A DNA stretch of 64,000 bases from a virus: positions 1-64,000 of the IMG/VR virus record IMGVR_UViG_3300045988_113959; one strand, given 5' to 3'. The position numbers and the translations under genes were made by a program. Positions 17,520 to 29,314 of the stretch are shown here, one piece after another (position 1 is the stretch's first letter; every line of letters starts with the position of its first letter). The notes beneath the pieces are model-generated. The model saw only the letters and a list, made by a program, of their open reading frames with translations, was not told the origin of the DNA and searched no databases.

Positions 17520-20000
17520 ATGGAGATAAAAGATAATTTATATAATGCTTCATTTCCACAACAGAAACTTCCACTATCGAAGAAAGATAAACAATGGTAG
17601 GAAAGCTGTGTGGATTATATAATAGGCGAAGGTAATGTTGGGTCTGGTAGAAGAGATACTCAACATGGAGAAATGCAGGTCTATTATAATTTATATAACA
17701 GTATCTTTGATGAAAAGGACTTTAAGCGTATAACAAATCCGTTTAAAGTTGATGATGGTTTTCCAGCAACTCCACAAGACTTTAATATTATTAGACCTAA
17801 GATTGATTTGCTTATAGGTGAAGAAACTAAGAGGCCTTTTAATTTTAGAGTTATTAGAACATCTTAGGAAGCTGTATCAGAATTGCAAGAAAAAGAGAAA
17901 GAGATGTTGATGCAATACATGATGGCAGCTATACAGTCTAAGATGGGTCCAGAGGAGTAGCAACAATTCCAAGAGCAATTACAATCTGGTGAGATTATGC
18001 CTCCAGAAGCTATTGCTAAATATATGGATAAAGAGTATAAGGATGTTGTAGAGAATACAGCATATCATACTCTTGAATACTTGAAGGAAAAACTATCACT
18101 TAAGAATGAGTTCATTAAAGGCTGGAAAGACGGGTTGATTAGCGGAACTGAAGTTTATTACGTAGGAGTTCAAAGCGGAGAACCTTACGCAGAAAGAGTT
18201 AACCCAATTGATTTTGACTATGATAGAAGTCCAGACTTGGAGTTTATAGAAGATGGTTCTTGGTGTGTCAGAAAGATGAGACTACCAATAGCTGAAATCT
18301 ATGATAGATACAATGACAAGCTAACTGAGAAAGACCTCGATAAGATTAATTAGATTCTATCTGGTACGCCTATTGGTGATATGCCATAGAAAGGACCAGT
18401 TGATGATTTTAATCGCATTACAATGCATTTATATGATAATGATGGCGTAAGCTTTCAGAATAAACATAATGTAAATGTATGGCATGTATGTTGGAAGTCT
18501 TTTAAAAAGATATTCTATGTTACAACATTAGATGAATCTGGTGAAGTTCAGGTTACAATTTGTGATGAAACATACAAACAAGTTGGTACAGAACTATCTA
18601 TAGAACCTGGTTGGATTGTAGAAGTTTGGGAAGGATATAGAGCTGGCTCTGATTTGTATTTCGGTATACAGCCTATAGAATATCAGCATGTTAGTATAGA
18701 TAACCCAAACTCTCAAAAACTACCATACTGTGGATGTGTTTACAGTAATACAAATAGTAGACCACGTTCACTTGTTAGTATATTAAAACCATTACAATAC
18801 ATGTATATTGTATTATGGTATAGACTTGAGTTAGCTATAGCTCGTGATAAAGGTAAGGTTGTAAATATGGATATAACATAGATTCCTAAATCTATGAATA
18901 TTACACCAGATAGATGGTTACATTATCTATCATCTGTAGGTGTTAACTTTATAAATCCATACGAAACAGGATTTGACATACCTGGAAGAGAAGGTGGTAA
19001 ACCAGCTTCATTTAATCAGATAACATCATTAGACTTAACAATGTCTCAGGTTATATCTGAGTACATTCAATTAATGGATAAGATAGAACAACTAGCTGGT
19101 ACTATATCTGGTATAACATCTCAAAGAGAAGGTTCTATTAGTACATCTGAACTTGTTGGTAATGTTGAACGTTCTGTTGTACAATCTTCACATATTACAG
19201 AACCTTTATTCTGGGTTCATAACCAGTGTAAGAGACGAGTATTAACTATGTTGTTGAATACAGCAAAGGGCGCTTGGGAAAACACTGGTAAACAAAAGTT
19301 ATCGTATGTATTTGATAATGGAGAAAGAGCGTTCTTAGATTTAGCTAAGAAGTTTTACTATGAAGACATGGATGTGTTTGTAAGTGACTCTACTAAAGAT
19401 TTAGAGAATATACAGAAACTACAATCCCTTATACAACCTGCTATGCAGAATGGAGCTAGCCTGTTAGAAGCATCTGAAATACTTACAAATGATAACTTTA
19501 ATATAATTAAGCAAAAGCTTAAGGATATGCAAACTCGTCAAGAACAATTACAGAAACAACAGCAAGAAGCTGAAGCTCAACAGCAACAACAGTTACAGCA
19601 AATGCAAAATGAAGCTAAACAGCAAGAACTTATGCTTGAAGAGGCTAAGATGGACTTAGAGAGATATAAGATTGATGCTGATAACCAAACTAAGATTGCT
19701 GTAGCTGAGATTAGTGCTTACCGTGGTACTGAAGATAAAGATGCTGACTTCAATGGTATACCTGACCCAATTGAGATAGCTAAAGATGCTACAGCTCAAC
19801 GTAAGATAGACCAGGAAGCTTATTTAAAGCGCTATGAGGCTCGCCAAAAGAGAGAGATAGAAGATGCTAAGATAAGTCTAGAAAAGAAGCGTATGGACCA
19901 CGAAATGGCTTTACAGAAGCAAAAGGATGATGCTGCTCTACAAAGAGAGAAGATTAAAGCTTCAACTGCATTGAAGAATAAAGTAAGTGGGGAGGAATAA
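17520..20000 (+). CDS. portal protein (826 aa, 6 TAG)
   Basis: Frame 0 joins track ORFs 17610, 17997, 18423 and 18894. The call rests on its position immediately after terL, its size, and a Gln/Glu-rich coiled-coil C-terminus. No homology search was run. Confidence 0.65.
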
Positions 20001-20001
20001 T

Positions 20002-21168
20002 ATGGCAAGATTAAAAGCTCCAAAACAAAGTGGTAATAAATTTACAGCTTTTGCTGACAAGTTAGGACCCTTAGTATATGAAGGTCTTAGAAAACGAGGT
20101 TTTACAAGTAGAGCTGCTTATGACAATGTCGTGAGTCAGCTTGCTTGGGAAAGTACTTATGGTACAAGTGATGTAGCAAGGAATAATCATAACTATGGAG
20201 GTTATGGGTATGATGGCAATGGTAATTATACAGTGTTTAAGAACGATAGGGATTTTATTGATGCTTATTTAAACACAATGTCTTCTAGATATAGAAAAGC
20301 TTTACAATCTAATAATGTTTATGATTATGCTAGAGTTCTTAAGACTAAAGGATATTATGGTGATACGTATGAGAACTACTCTAAAGGATTAGCTGGTATG
20401 AGTTCGCTTAGGAAAGCAGCAGCTAAACATTATCATATAATGGGTGAGCCTTATAAAAAGCCTTTAGCGCCAGTTGTTCCTAACATTTTAGATAAACCTG
20501 TACAACAATAGGTTATAGAAGATAACATACAATAGCCTTTTAATTAGGTTTATTTAAAACCTTTTGGAAGTTCTAACCAATAGAAACAAGATTACATATA
20601 TAATTATCAAACACCATAGATTTAGCAAACAATAACACCAGCTCATACCGTAAATACAAATAGAATGCTTTATTTACCTCCTATTGAATAGACTATGAGT
20701 GCTATAATGAATGGATAGCCTTTACTATAGCCAGGATTTGCTAATGGTAAGGATGATGATTAGTATTATAACTATATAATTAAACTTGCTAGAAAGAAAG
20801 CTCGTGATTGGAAAATGGGCGAAGATGAAGCTTTAACACAAATGCTTAATGATAATACATATGATTATCGAATGTTTTATGATAAAGATAGGCGTGACGC
20901 AATAAGAATGCTAAAACGTAATAGTGATGCACACTTTTCAGATATTGGTAAAACTGTATACCATCCAACATTTAGTAATGAGTCTATATACTCTGGCGTT
21001 GTATCTGACGCTAATCCACTAGGTATAGTTGGTGGAACATGGAGTAACAATGGACATGTGTACACACCAAGCGTCGAATAGCTTTCAAATGGGTTTAATT
21101 ATAATAAAACAAGAGACTATTTAAATCATAGTGGTGGTAGAAATGTTATAATAAATATACCACGATAA
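20002..21168 (+). CDS. virion-module protein with N-terminal glucosaminidase/GH73-like domain (388 aa, 11 TAG)
   Basis: VSQLAWESTYGTSDVARNNHNYGG resembles the FlgJ/GH73 catalytic-Glu motif. Frame 1 joins track ORFs 19987 and 20815 through a TAG-dense linker. TAA at 21166. Confidence 0.6.
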
Positions 21169-21219
21169 AATAATACACGCAATTATGCGAAAATAATATT
21201 TAATTATTAATTAATAATT

Positions 21220-22395
21220 ATGGCAAAAAAGAAAGAAAATAAACCATCAGCACTTGATGAAATGCTCGGTTCTATTTATGGAAATGGTGCTGAGACTACA
21301 GATACTACAGATGTAACAAACATGGGTAGACAAGATAGTGTTGTTGAGGTAGATACTGAAAAAGAAACTCCAGACACCGAAGATGGCGACTCTGAGGATG
21401 ACGAAAACAAGGGCGAGTTCACTGTTGGTAATGATGATAGTGATGTCTCAGAACATATTTTAAACAACTCTAAAAAGGATGATGATAAAGATAATACTGA
21501 CATCAATGATGATATTGATGACAGCAATGATTCTGAATCGTCTGAAGAAGAAGTAACTGAAGCTCAACAAGTTTTAGCTCTGTTTGATGCAGTCGGAGAA
21601 TCTTTGGGTTGGAATATGACGGATTTTAACGATGATGACAAACCTGTTACTGTAGACCAGTTTACAGAATATCTTGGTAAAGTTGTTGAACAAAACTCTG
21701 TACCAAAGTATGCTGATGACCGAATCGCTAAACTTGACGAATATGTTAAGAATGGTGGTAAGTTTGAAGACTTCTACGCAAAACAACAGGAATCATTATC
21801 ATTTGAAAACTTAGACCTAGAAAATGAGTCTAACCAAAAGTCTATAATTAGAGAACTATTAAAATATAATGGTTATACTGATGAACAGATTAATAATAAA
21901 ATTAGTAGATATGAAGATGCTGATATGTTGTATGATGAATCAGAAGATGCTCTAGAGCGTTTAAAGTTCATTAGACAGCAGGAAATTGAAGAGAGTAGAA
22001 AGCAGCAAGAAGAGCTTGCTAAATAGCAGGAGGAGCAAAATAAACAGTTCTTCCAAAACGTATCTCAAGATATCAGTAGTTTAGATTCTATTAGAGGTAT
22101 CTCTATCCCAAAAGAAGATAGAGCTGCTCTTTATGATTATATATTTAAAGTTGACCAAGATGGTATTTCTCAATACCAGAAAGACTTTAATGCTAATCTT
22201 TCAAAGAATCTAATAGAATCTGCTTATTTTACAATGAAGGGTGATACTTTAGTTTCTGGTGCTAAGCGCGACGGTGAAACATCCGCTGCTGAAAAACTTA
22301 GAAAACTACTTAGACATACTTCTAAAAACCACACTACATATAACTCACAACAAAAACAAAAAAGTGCGGCTGAATTAGTAAGTGGTCTATTTTAA
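21220..22395 (+). CDS. acidic protein, putative head scaffolding protein (391 aa, 1 TAG)
   Basis: D/E/S-rich N-terminal half and helical C-terminal half, directly upstream of the capsid gene. The function is inferred from position. Confidence 0.45.
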
Positions 22396-22418
22396 GATAA
22401 AATAAATTATAAATAATT

Positions 22419-23423
22419 ATGAATAATACTTTACTTAATGGTTTACAGTTGTACAGAGGAAAACGCTTCTCTGACCTTGTAGACGAAAATATGATTTCTA
22501 ATGCTTTGTTAACAAAGCCTCATGAAGTTGCAGGTATCTTATCTCTTGTATTTGGTACTAAAGATGATGGTGTATCAACTACTATCGATATGATTACTGG
22601 TGGTCTTGGTAAAACAATGACTATCGAAAATAGAGAATATGAGTGGGCTGTTCAAATCGACCAAGACCACGCTGTAAATATTCTCTACGCAAAATGGAAT
22701 GGTCAACTAATCACAGCTGGTACACAGGTTACCGCTGGTATTGGTAACTCTCCAATTTATATAGCTCTTGAAGAGAAGTACTTCGGTCCTGGTGCAATCT
22801 TGTCATTCGACAACTATAGATTCCAGGTTCGTGTTTCTGGTACACCTTATCAAGATGGTAGCGCTTGGGTTTATGAATGCTACGTTGCTGATGCAGGTTC
22901 TGGTGCATATATTCCTTCTGAATACTTGCTCCCAGGTCGTCAGGTAAGTCGTATAGGTTCTGCTTACGAAGAGTATTCAGACGAGGCGGATATCCTGAAC
23001 TATCAGACTCCATTTAAGATGCGTAATAACTTGATGACAATGCGTCTTTCTTACGATATTACAGGTGATGCTTACTCTACTGTATTGGCTATTGCTCTTA
23101 CAGACCCTGAAACGGGTAAGAAGTCTTACTTGTGGGCAGACTATCAGTACTGGTTGGCTCTTCGTGAATGGAAGAAGCGTGAAGAGTATCAATTACTCTT
23201 TGCTAAATCTAACCGCAATGCTGATGGTACATACTCAAATAAAGGTACAAATGGCAGACCTGTTGCTATCTCAGCAGGTTTGTTCGAGCAGATTAGCCCA
23301 GCTAATACTCGTTACTACACAACTCTAACATCAGAATTGCTTGAAGATTACTTGTTTGACCTTTGCTATAATATGCTTGGTACAAACGAACGTAAGTTCA
23401 TTGCATTAACTGGAGAGATGGGT
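22419..23423 (+). CDS. major capsid protein, exon 1 (335 codons)
   Basis: Biased codon usage (ggt/cgt/gct/tct), no TAG, and position after the scaffold-like gene. The reading frame is cut by TAA at 23424 right after ...LTGEMG. Confidence 0.7.
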
Positions 23424-24413
23424 TAAATATAGCTCCTTATAATAGTGATATTATAAAGCAAATTTACTGAATTGCTGGAAAATCTTAAAGAATTTATTAA
23501 CATAGATTAACAATATAAATTATGAACACATAGATGTTTAATAGACAATCAGCAGCTAAGACATTACACAAACCTTTAAGAGGATTTGAGTTTAGGTATA
23601 TAATATATATAGATGGTATAGTTTATGATAGATTTACAAAGAATACTGTAAAGAATATAGATGGTACTGTAACTATATTTGGGTCTAATAATAAACCATA
23701 TAAATATAATATTGGTAAACTTTTAGACAACACATTTAAAGATATTGATTTTTCATAGCATGTAGAACTAAACAATCACCCTGGTTATATAATAAATAAA
23801 AATGGTTCTTTATATAATACTGTTAGTAAAAGATTTGTTGGTACTACTATAAAACACGGTTATATAAGGTATAATGTAGATTGGAGTAGAAGAATGATGC
23901 ATGAAGTTCTTGCTGACCAATTTATACCAAATCCAAATAAATACAATTCTATAGACCATAAAGATTGCGATAAGCTAAATAATAGTTTAGATAACTTAGA
24001 ATGGTGTGATATAGAAGAGAATAAAAGAAGAGCATACGACAATGGACTAATGTACGTTGTAAAACAATCTGTTACATTTTATAATGAATGTGAAAGGTTT
24101 ACATTAATCGGTCTTGAAGATGCTGGAAAGATATTTGGAATAAAAAAATCTACACTGTGTACAATGATAAAAAGATATGGCAATAAAGATATATATATAC
24201 CAAGTGGCTCTATGAAGGGTTATAAAATAAAAACTCAAAAGTGTAAATGTAAAGTTCAACGACTATCCGAAATGGAGTAGGGTTCAAGCGAACTCGAAGT
24301 GGTAAATTACTCAAATGAGTAAAAGATATAGTCTAATCACATATGAAAGTATGTGCGGTGTTAATGGTCTAATACGCCGAGTTTAAAGTAGCGATTTAAA
24401 CTAAATATAAATG
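23424..24413 (+). mobile_element. group I intron (T4 td-like, IA2-type) in the capsid gene
   Basis: The exon ends GGGT|TAA..., as I recall for td, with gctc (23432-23435) able to pair with gggt as P1. The 3' part, ttcaagcgaactcgaag ... agatatagtct ... cacatat-gaaa-gtatgtg ... ataaatg|, parallels the td core as I remember it. Length is 990 nt, ending in G. Confidence 0.65.
23522..24322 (+). CDS. intron-encoded HNH homing endonuclease (3 in-frame TAG)
   Basis: NNHPGYIINKNGSLYN and IDHKDCDKLNNSLDNLEWCDIEEN are HNH_3-type motifs. Track ORFs 23534 and 23894 share one frame. TAA at 24320. Confidence 0.8.
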
Positions 24414-24902
24414 TTCAGAGAATTTGACCGTATCCTTAAAGATAAAGTTGCTAACATGCAGCTCATTGATACTAAGTTCATCACTGGTAATGGTCAAGAG
24501 TTAACACTCGGTGGTCAGTTCACAACTTACAAGATGACAAACGGTATCGAATTGACTCTTAAGAAGTGTGCGTTGTTTGACAACATGGAAATGTTCCGTC
24601 AACTACACCCACTGTCAGGCAAACCATTGATGTCTTACACATTCTTGTTCCTCGACCTCGGTATGCGTGATGGTCAGGCTAATATTGTTAAGGTTTGTCG
24701 TAAGGGTCGCGAATTTGTACAATGGTGTACAGGTGGTTCTGTAATCCCAAGTGGTTACGGTTCTTCAAAAGATACTCTACGTTCTAATAGCCGTGATGGT
24801 TATCAGGTTCACTTCTTAGGCGAAGAGGGTATCATGGTTAGAAACCCATTGGCTTGTGGTGTACTTTACTGCGATGCTGATGATTCAGAATATACAGCCT
24901 AA
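24414..24902 (+). CDS. major capsid protein, exon 2 (162 codons)
   Basis: Same codon bias as exon 1 and in phase with it once 990 nt are removed. TAA stop, followed by a strong hairpin. Confidence 0.7.
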   Translation, partial: FREFDRILKDKVANMQLIDTKFITGNGQELTLGGQFTTYKMTNGIELTLKKCALFDNMEMFRQLHPLSGKPLMSYTFLFLDLGMRDGQANIVKVCRKGREFVQWCTGGSVIPSGYGSSKDTLRSNSRDGYQVHFLGEEGIMVRNPLACGVLYCDADDSEYTA

Positions 24903-24968
24903 TTGAAATAACGAGTCTCGCCTCGACTCTTATATTCCAATCCTGACGGATTGAAATAACGAGTCTCG
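24902..24968 (+). repeat. 19-nt perfect direct repeat (attgaaataacgagtctcg) x2, 48 nt apart
   Basis: Copies at 24902-24920 and 24950-24968, read directly, immediately after the capsid gene stop. Confidence 0.7.
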
Positions 24969-24992
24969 TTCGTCTATATAATGTATAATATA

Positions 24993-25027
24993 AAAAGGGT
25001 TCATGGTTGTTATCACCAGACCCTTTT
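24993..25027 (+). terminator. hairpin terminator after the capsid gene
   Basis: aaaagggt ... tggt-tgttatc-acca ... accctttt forms a nested stem ending in a T-run. Confidence 0.5.
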
Positions 25028-25071
25028 ATATTAACATTATATACGGAACAACACTAATTTAAATAAATATT

Positions 25072-25824
25072 ATGGTAGTTGAATTAAGAATTAAGAAAAA
25101 AAATCCATGGGCTGGCTTATTAAAGTACAGCAGATGTTTTGATTATATCGCCCCTTATTTTACAAGGTCAGGCTCGATATATACTGGACTTACTCCAGAA
25201 GATGAAAAACATTTTGAAAAAGTTTTAGGTTATAATGATGGTCATTTGTCTCGTACAAGTGATTTTTGGACAACCTTCTGTGTAAAAATTGGTGCCAAAC
25301 CATTACTTTTAGATGATTCTATTCCACGTCAGGAAATGATTATTAAATTCCTAACTGGTCATAAAAGAGTTGCTACATCGCTTGATAAGCTTGATGCTGG
25401 TAAAGATTACTTGCTAATTAATCGTCAAGCTGAAGCTGTAGAACAGAATAAGATTAATAAACTTCGTAGAGATGCTATTCGTGAATTTGATAAGCTTAGC
25501 TTAGAGCAAATGCGTAAGTGTCTTAGATTGTTTGGTGTTAAATCAGATGACCTTTCTAACGAACTTGTAGAATCTACATTATTTACACTTGTTGATAAGA
25601 ATCCTAAAAAGTTCTTCGATAAGTGGATTGATAATAAAACTAAAGACACAGAATTTATTATTGAAGAAGCTATTTCTAAAGGTGTTATACGTAAAGATAA
25701 GACGAACTATTATTATGGTTCAGATATGTTTGCTACATCACTTCAAGAAGCTATAGCTTATTTAGATAATAAAAAGAATCAGGATTTAAAGCTTGTTATT
25801 ATTAACGAAGCAAGTAATAAATAA
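25072..25824 (+). CDS. virion-module protein, function unknown (250 aa, no TAG)
   Basis: Uninterrupted ORF ending in TAA TAA, directly downstream of the capsid gene. Confidence 0.65.
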   Translation: MVVELRIKKKNPWAGLLKYSRCFDYIAPYFTRSGSIYTGLTPEDEKHFEKVLGYNDGHLSRTSDFWTTFCVKIGAKPLLLDDSIPRQEMIIKFLTGHKRVATSLDKLDAGKDYLLINRQAEAVEQNKINKLRRDAIREFDKLSLEQMRKCLRLFGVKSDDLSNELVESTLFTLVDKNPKKFFDKWIDNKTKDTEFIIEEAISKGVIRKDKTNYYYGSDMFATSLQEAIAYLDNKKNQDLKLVIINEASNK

Positions 25825-25842
25825 TAAAATTTTAAACGACGT

Positions 25843-26571
25843 ATGACGCACGCAGATATATACGAAAAGTTTATGATTGAATATGACAAGGAAAATGTCA
25901 CCACGTCATATCCGTCGTTAACTGATTATGAGATTGCAACATTACTAGACAAAGCATACTTAGCTCTAATAGCTCAAAAATTTACAGGTAACAATATAAG
26001 GAAGATGCCGTTTGAAGGTGATGAGAAAGCAGTCGAAGATTTACAATAGCTTGTTACATATATCCAAGAAGATTTAAATGGACCAGGTAATATCCAGACA
26101 AACATGTATAGTGTTGTACCATTTGATAAGAATTAGATGTTATATGTTGTAAATGTATATTTAACAAATACAACTAACGGACAACTTGAACCAATTAAAA
26201 TGTAGGCTTATGCTAAGTAGGTAACATCATTACAGTTTAATAAATTTTTATCTAGTATGAATAATAAACCATGGACTAAACACCCAGTTTATTGTATAAC
26301 AGATAAATCTATAATGATTGCTGCTGGCAATGACTTTATAAACGGTACTGGATAGCAAATAATATTCGCAAGTGCTATTGTAGAATATATAAAAATGCCA
26401 AAGAAGTTTGCTGATAAAAACAAACCGATACAAGAACAAAATGATATTGAATTTGAATTATCAGATACTATGGCTGAAGAGCTTATTAACTTAGCTTTAG
26501 TAATGTCTATGGAAACAGTTGAGTCTCCTAGAATGCAAACTAAAGCACAATTGAGAGGGTTTGAATCATGA
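25843..26571 (+). CDS. virion-module protein, possible head-tail connector (242 aa, 5 TAG)
   Basis: Frame 1 is open from track ORF 25843 through TAGs at 26047, 26134, 26203, 26218 and 26353 to a TGA that overlaps the next ATG (ATGA at 26568). Confidence 0.6.
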
Positions 26572-27392
26572 CGATAGAATAGACATACCAATTAGGAATG
26601 GAATTTGAACGTAGGTTAATAGAAATAGACCCTTCGTTTGAGATTGAAAATAAAGTTGATACAGAGACTATTTATAAGTTTCTAAATGAATATTGTCAAC
26701 AATACGTTCAATAGTTAATGATATAGCTTATTCAGGTTAAAGATAGACCAGAAGCAATTCCAAGTATACAAGATAGACTTAGAACTCTTATTAAAACTGA
26801 GAAGTGTAGAGTATTCGATAATCCAATCCAAGAATATAAAGAAGAATATAAGAATGTTAAACACTTCTTACTACCAGCTGATTATTACATGTATATAAAC
26901 AGCTCTTCTATATGTTCTAAATCATATAAACATCCACAAGAAACTAGCGCTGTTTAGCCTGGTGTTGGAATTGTAAAACAAACACACATGTTATCTAATA
27001 AAATTTGTAGTGAGTATGATATTAATGAAGTTATTGATACATTAATAGACAGTGGCGCTATAATGAGAAGTCCAGTAGTTGTGCTAGAATCAATTGCAGA
27101 TAGTTCTGACTAGACTCATAATGCGTAGCTATTTCACGATAAGTATACTGAAGTTGATAGTGTGTATGTTACATATTACTCTTTACCTGGAGAATTTTCA
27201 ATACTAAAAAATCCAGAAGAGCCATGTGAATTGCCATATACAGCATTCTGGGATATAGTTAAAGGAGCTGTAGATTTGTATATTTATACATATAAATATG
27301 GTGTTACATTAGAGAGTCTGAAGCGTAAAGCTAAACAATAGATGTAGGCTCTTAAAGATGCCGCTAATAACAAAAAGGAGGATGAAGAATGA
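26568..27392 (+). CDS. virion-module protein (274 aa, 8 TAG; absent from the ORF track)
   Basis: ATGA-coupled at both ends (26568 and 27389). Frame 0 has no TAA or TGA for 825 nt. Confidence 0.6.
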
Positions 27393-28078
27393 AATACATA
27401 GACATACTTGAAGCCTTTGAAACCGAGATTGGCGTTATAAACGATATCAAGAAGCCAACAACAACAGACTCTTTATTCTGGATTAATCAAGCTGTTGATA
27501 AATTTACTAAGATAAGGTTTAACAGCGACTTTATACATAAAACATCATACGAACAAAATGAGAAGCGTAGGAACGATTTAATTAACTTATATACAAGTAA
27601 AAAGTATACTACGTTTAATTACAACAACAATGACCCATTGTATGATGTATATGAAATTGAAAATTATCCAGATGATTTCTTATTCTCTTTAAATGAAGAT
27701 GTAATAATAACAAATAACGATGGTGGTAATAAATACAGCACTAGTATATTTGAATGTACATCTGATAGTTTTATGTATAGAGTTACAAATAGTCTAACAG
27801 ATTTCCATTATAAGTATGGGATAGCTAGACCATTAAGAGTTTGTACAGCTACTGGTTGTAAACTTCTTACGGATAAAAACTATAAAATATAGGAATACGT
27901 GCTTGGGTATTTAAGAAAGCCAAGCAAGATAACACTTGATAATCCTTTCGAGGAATACCAAGATTTTGATAACATAACAATGCCTGAGATTATTAAAATA
28001 GCAGCACAAATGTATTTAGAAAATACAGGTAATGCTAGATATAAGTCTATAACTCAGGAAGTTATGACACAAGAATAA
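27389..28078 (+). CDS. virion-module protein (229 aa, 1 TAG)
   Basis: Track ORF 27389..27892 continues past its TAG to TAA 28076-28078. Confidence 0.6.
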
Positions 28079-28162
28079 TTTTAACGTGGAAAGCCGTGGT
28101 TGTGTATTATATATACAATGAGTGTGCGGTGAGTAGAAAAAATTAATTTAAAACATTATATT

Positions 28163-29239
28163 ATGATTACATATGTAAATGACGTTTTTGTAAGTAACGT
28201 TGGTGAGCTTATTGCAGCTGACACCTCAACACTTGCTAAAGATAAAGCTGAACAGATTGACAGCGTTGGTAAGCTTATTATAGCTGATATGGAGAATCCA
28301 AACGTTGGTGTTGCTACAGTTAACGCTTCTGCTAAAGCTATTAGAATCGGTCTTGTAACAAAGAAAGTTTCTACAGTAATTGAACCTGATGGCACTATGA
28401 AGTTTGCTCCTGTTATTGATTGGACAAACCCAATTCAAAAGGATGCTATTAAAAACTTCGCTTGTGAAAAATATCAGGCTGACGAAGCTGAAAAAGTTGC
28501 AGTTAACTTTGCTGCTGTTACAGATGTAAATACTGTAGATAAGCTTAAGACTTCTGGTCATAGCGTAGTTCTTCGTATCGTTTACAAAGATATGAATACT
28601 CGTTATCGTAAATGGACAGAATCTTACGAATATGTTACAAAAGAAGGTGATACAGTTGCTAAGATTTCTAAGGCATTTGAAGCTATAATTAATAAGGACC
28701 ACAAGAGGGCTCGTGTTATAGCTAAAGATAACGCTGGTGTTTTGACTCTCGAAGCTATGCCTTACGATGATGATAACTCAGTTAACTCTATCAGTCCTGC
28801 TGCTACAGTACGTTTCAGCGTAAGTGTTTGGGTTGCTTATAACGATATTGCAGGTATTAGCGCAATTGGTTCTAATAAGAAAGTATCTCTCCCTGGTCTT
28901 GAAATTAAGAAGACTCCTGGTAAGGTTTATACAGCGTCTGCTAAGTATGTACGTGACCGTGAAGCTGCTGCTATGGGTTACGATGGTATTCTTAACCGTG
29001 GTAATGGTACTCTTATTGAAGCTAACCTTCCAGAAATGAATGTTAAGCTTGATGGTAAGTATGATGCTATTACTCTTCAGTTTGAGAACATGTATCGTTC
29101 TGCTGATGACCTCCACAGAATTGCTAAACAATCTGTAGAGATTTACCCAATAGAAGGTAAAGGTGCTGCTATTAAGGCAGCTCTTGCTGCTTTTGTTCCT
29201 GCTGATGTTAACGAATCAGTAGCTTCAATTAAGCTTTAA
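28163..29239 (+). CDS. abundant structural protein candidate (358 aa, no TAG)
   Basis: Capsid-like codon bias, TAG-free, and followed by a strong terminator. The exact role (auxiliary capsid or tail) is not determinable here. Confidence 0.65.
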   Translation: MITYVNDVFVSNVGELIAADTSTLAKDKAEQIDSVGKLIIADMENPNVGVATVNASAKAIRIGLVTKKVSTVIEPDGTMKFAPVIDWTNPIQKDAIKNFACEKYQADEAEKVAVNFAAVTDVNTVDKLKTSGHSVVLRIVYKDMNTRYRKWTESYEYVTKEGDTVAKISKAFEAIINKDHKRARVIAKDNAGVLTLEAMPYDDDNSVNSISPAATVRFSVSVWVAYNDIAGISAIGSNKKVSLPGLEIKKTPGKVYTASAKYVRDREAAAMGYDGILNRGNGTLIEANLPEMNVKLDGKYDAITLQFENMYRSADDLHRIAKQSVEIYPIEGKGAAIKAALAAFVPADVNESVASIKL

Positions 29240-29259
29240 TTTTAACTAACACACAATCT

Positions 29260-29296
29260 AGCTGGGGTTGGGCTTAGCCCTACTTCAGCTTTTTTG
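29260..29296 (+). terminator. rho-independent terminator
   Basis: agctggggttgggc-tta-gccctacttcagct forms a 14-bp stem (with G-U pairs), followed by tttttt. Confidence 0.6.
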
Positions 29297-29314
29297 TTAT
29301 AATACAAAATGTAA

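Noticed and set aside
24902-24968. The 19-nt direct repeat as a CRISPR array.
   Set aside because: There are only two copies with a 29-nt spacer, no further repeats, and no cas genes. It lies in a 3' UTR.
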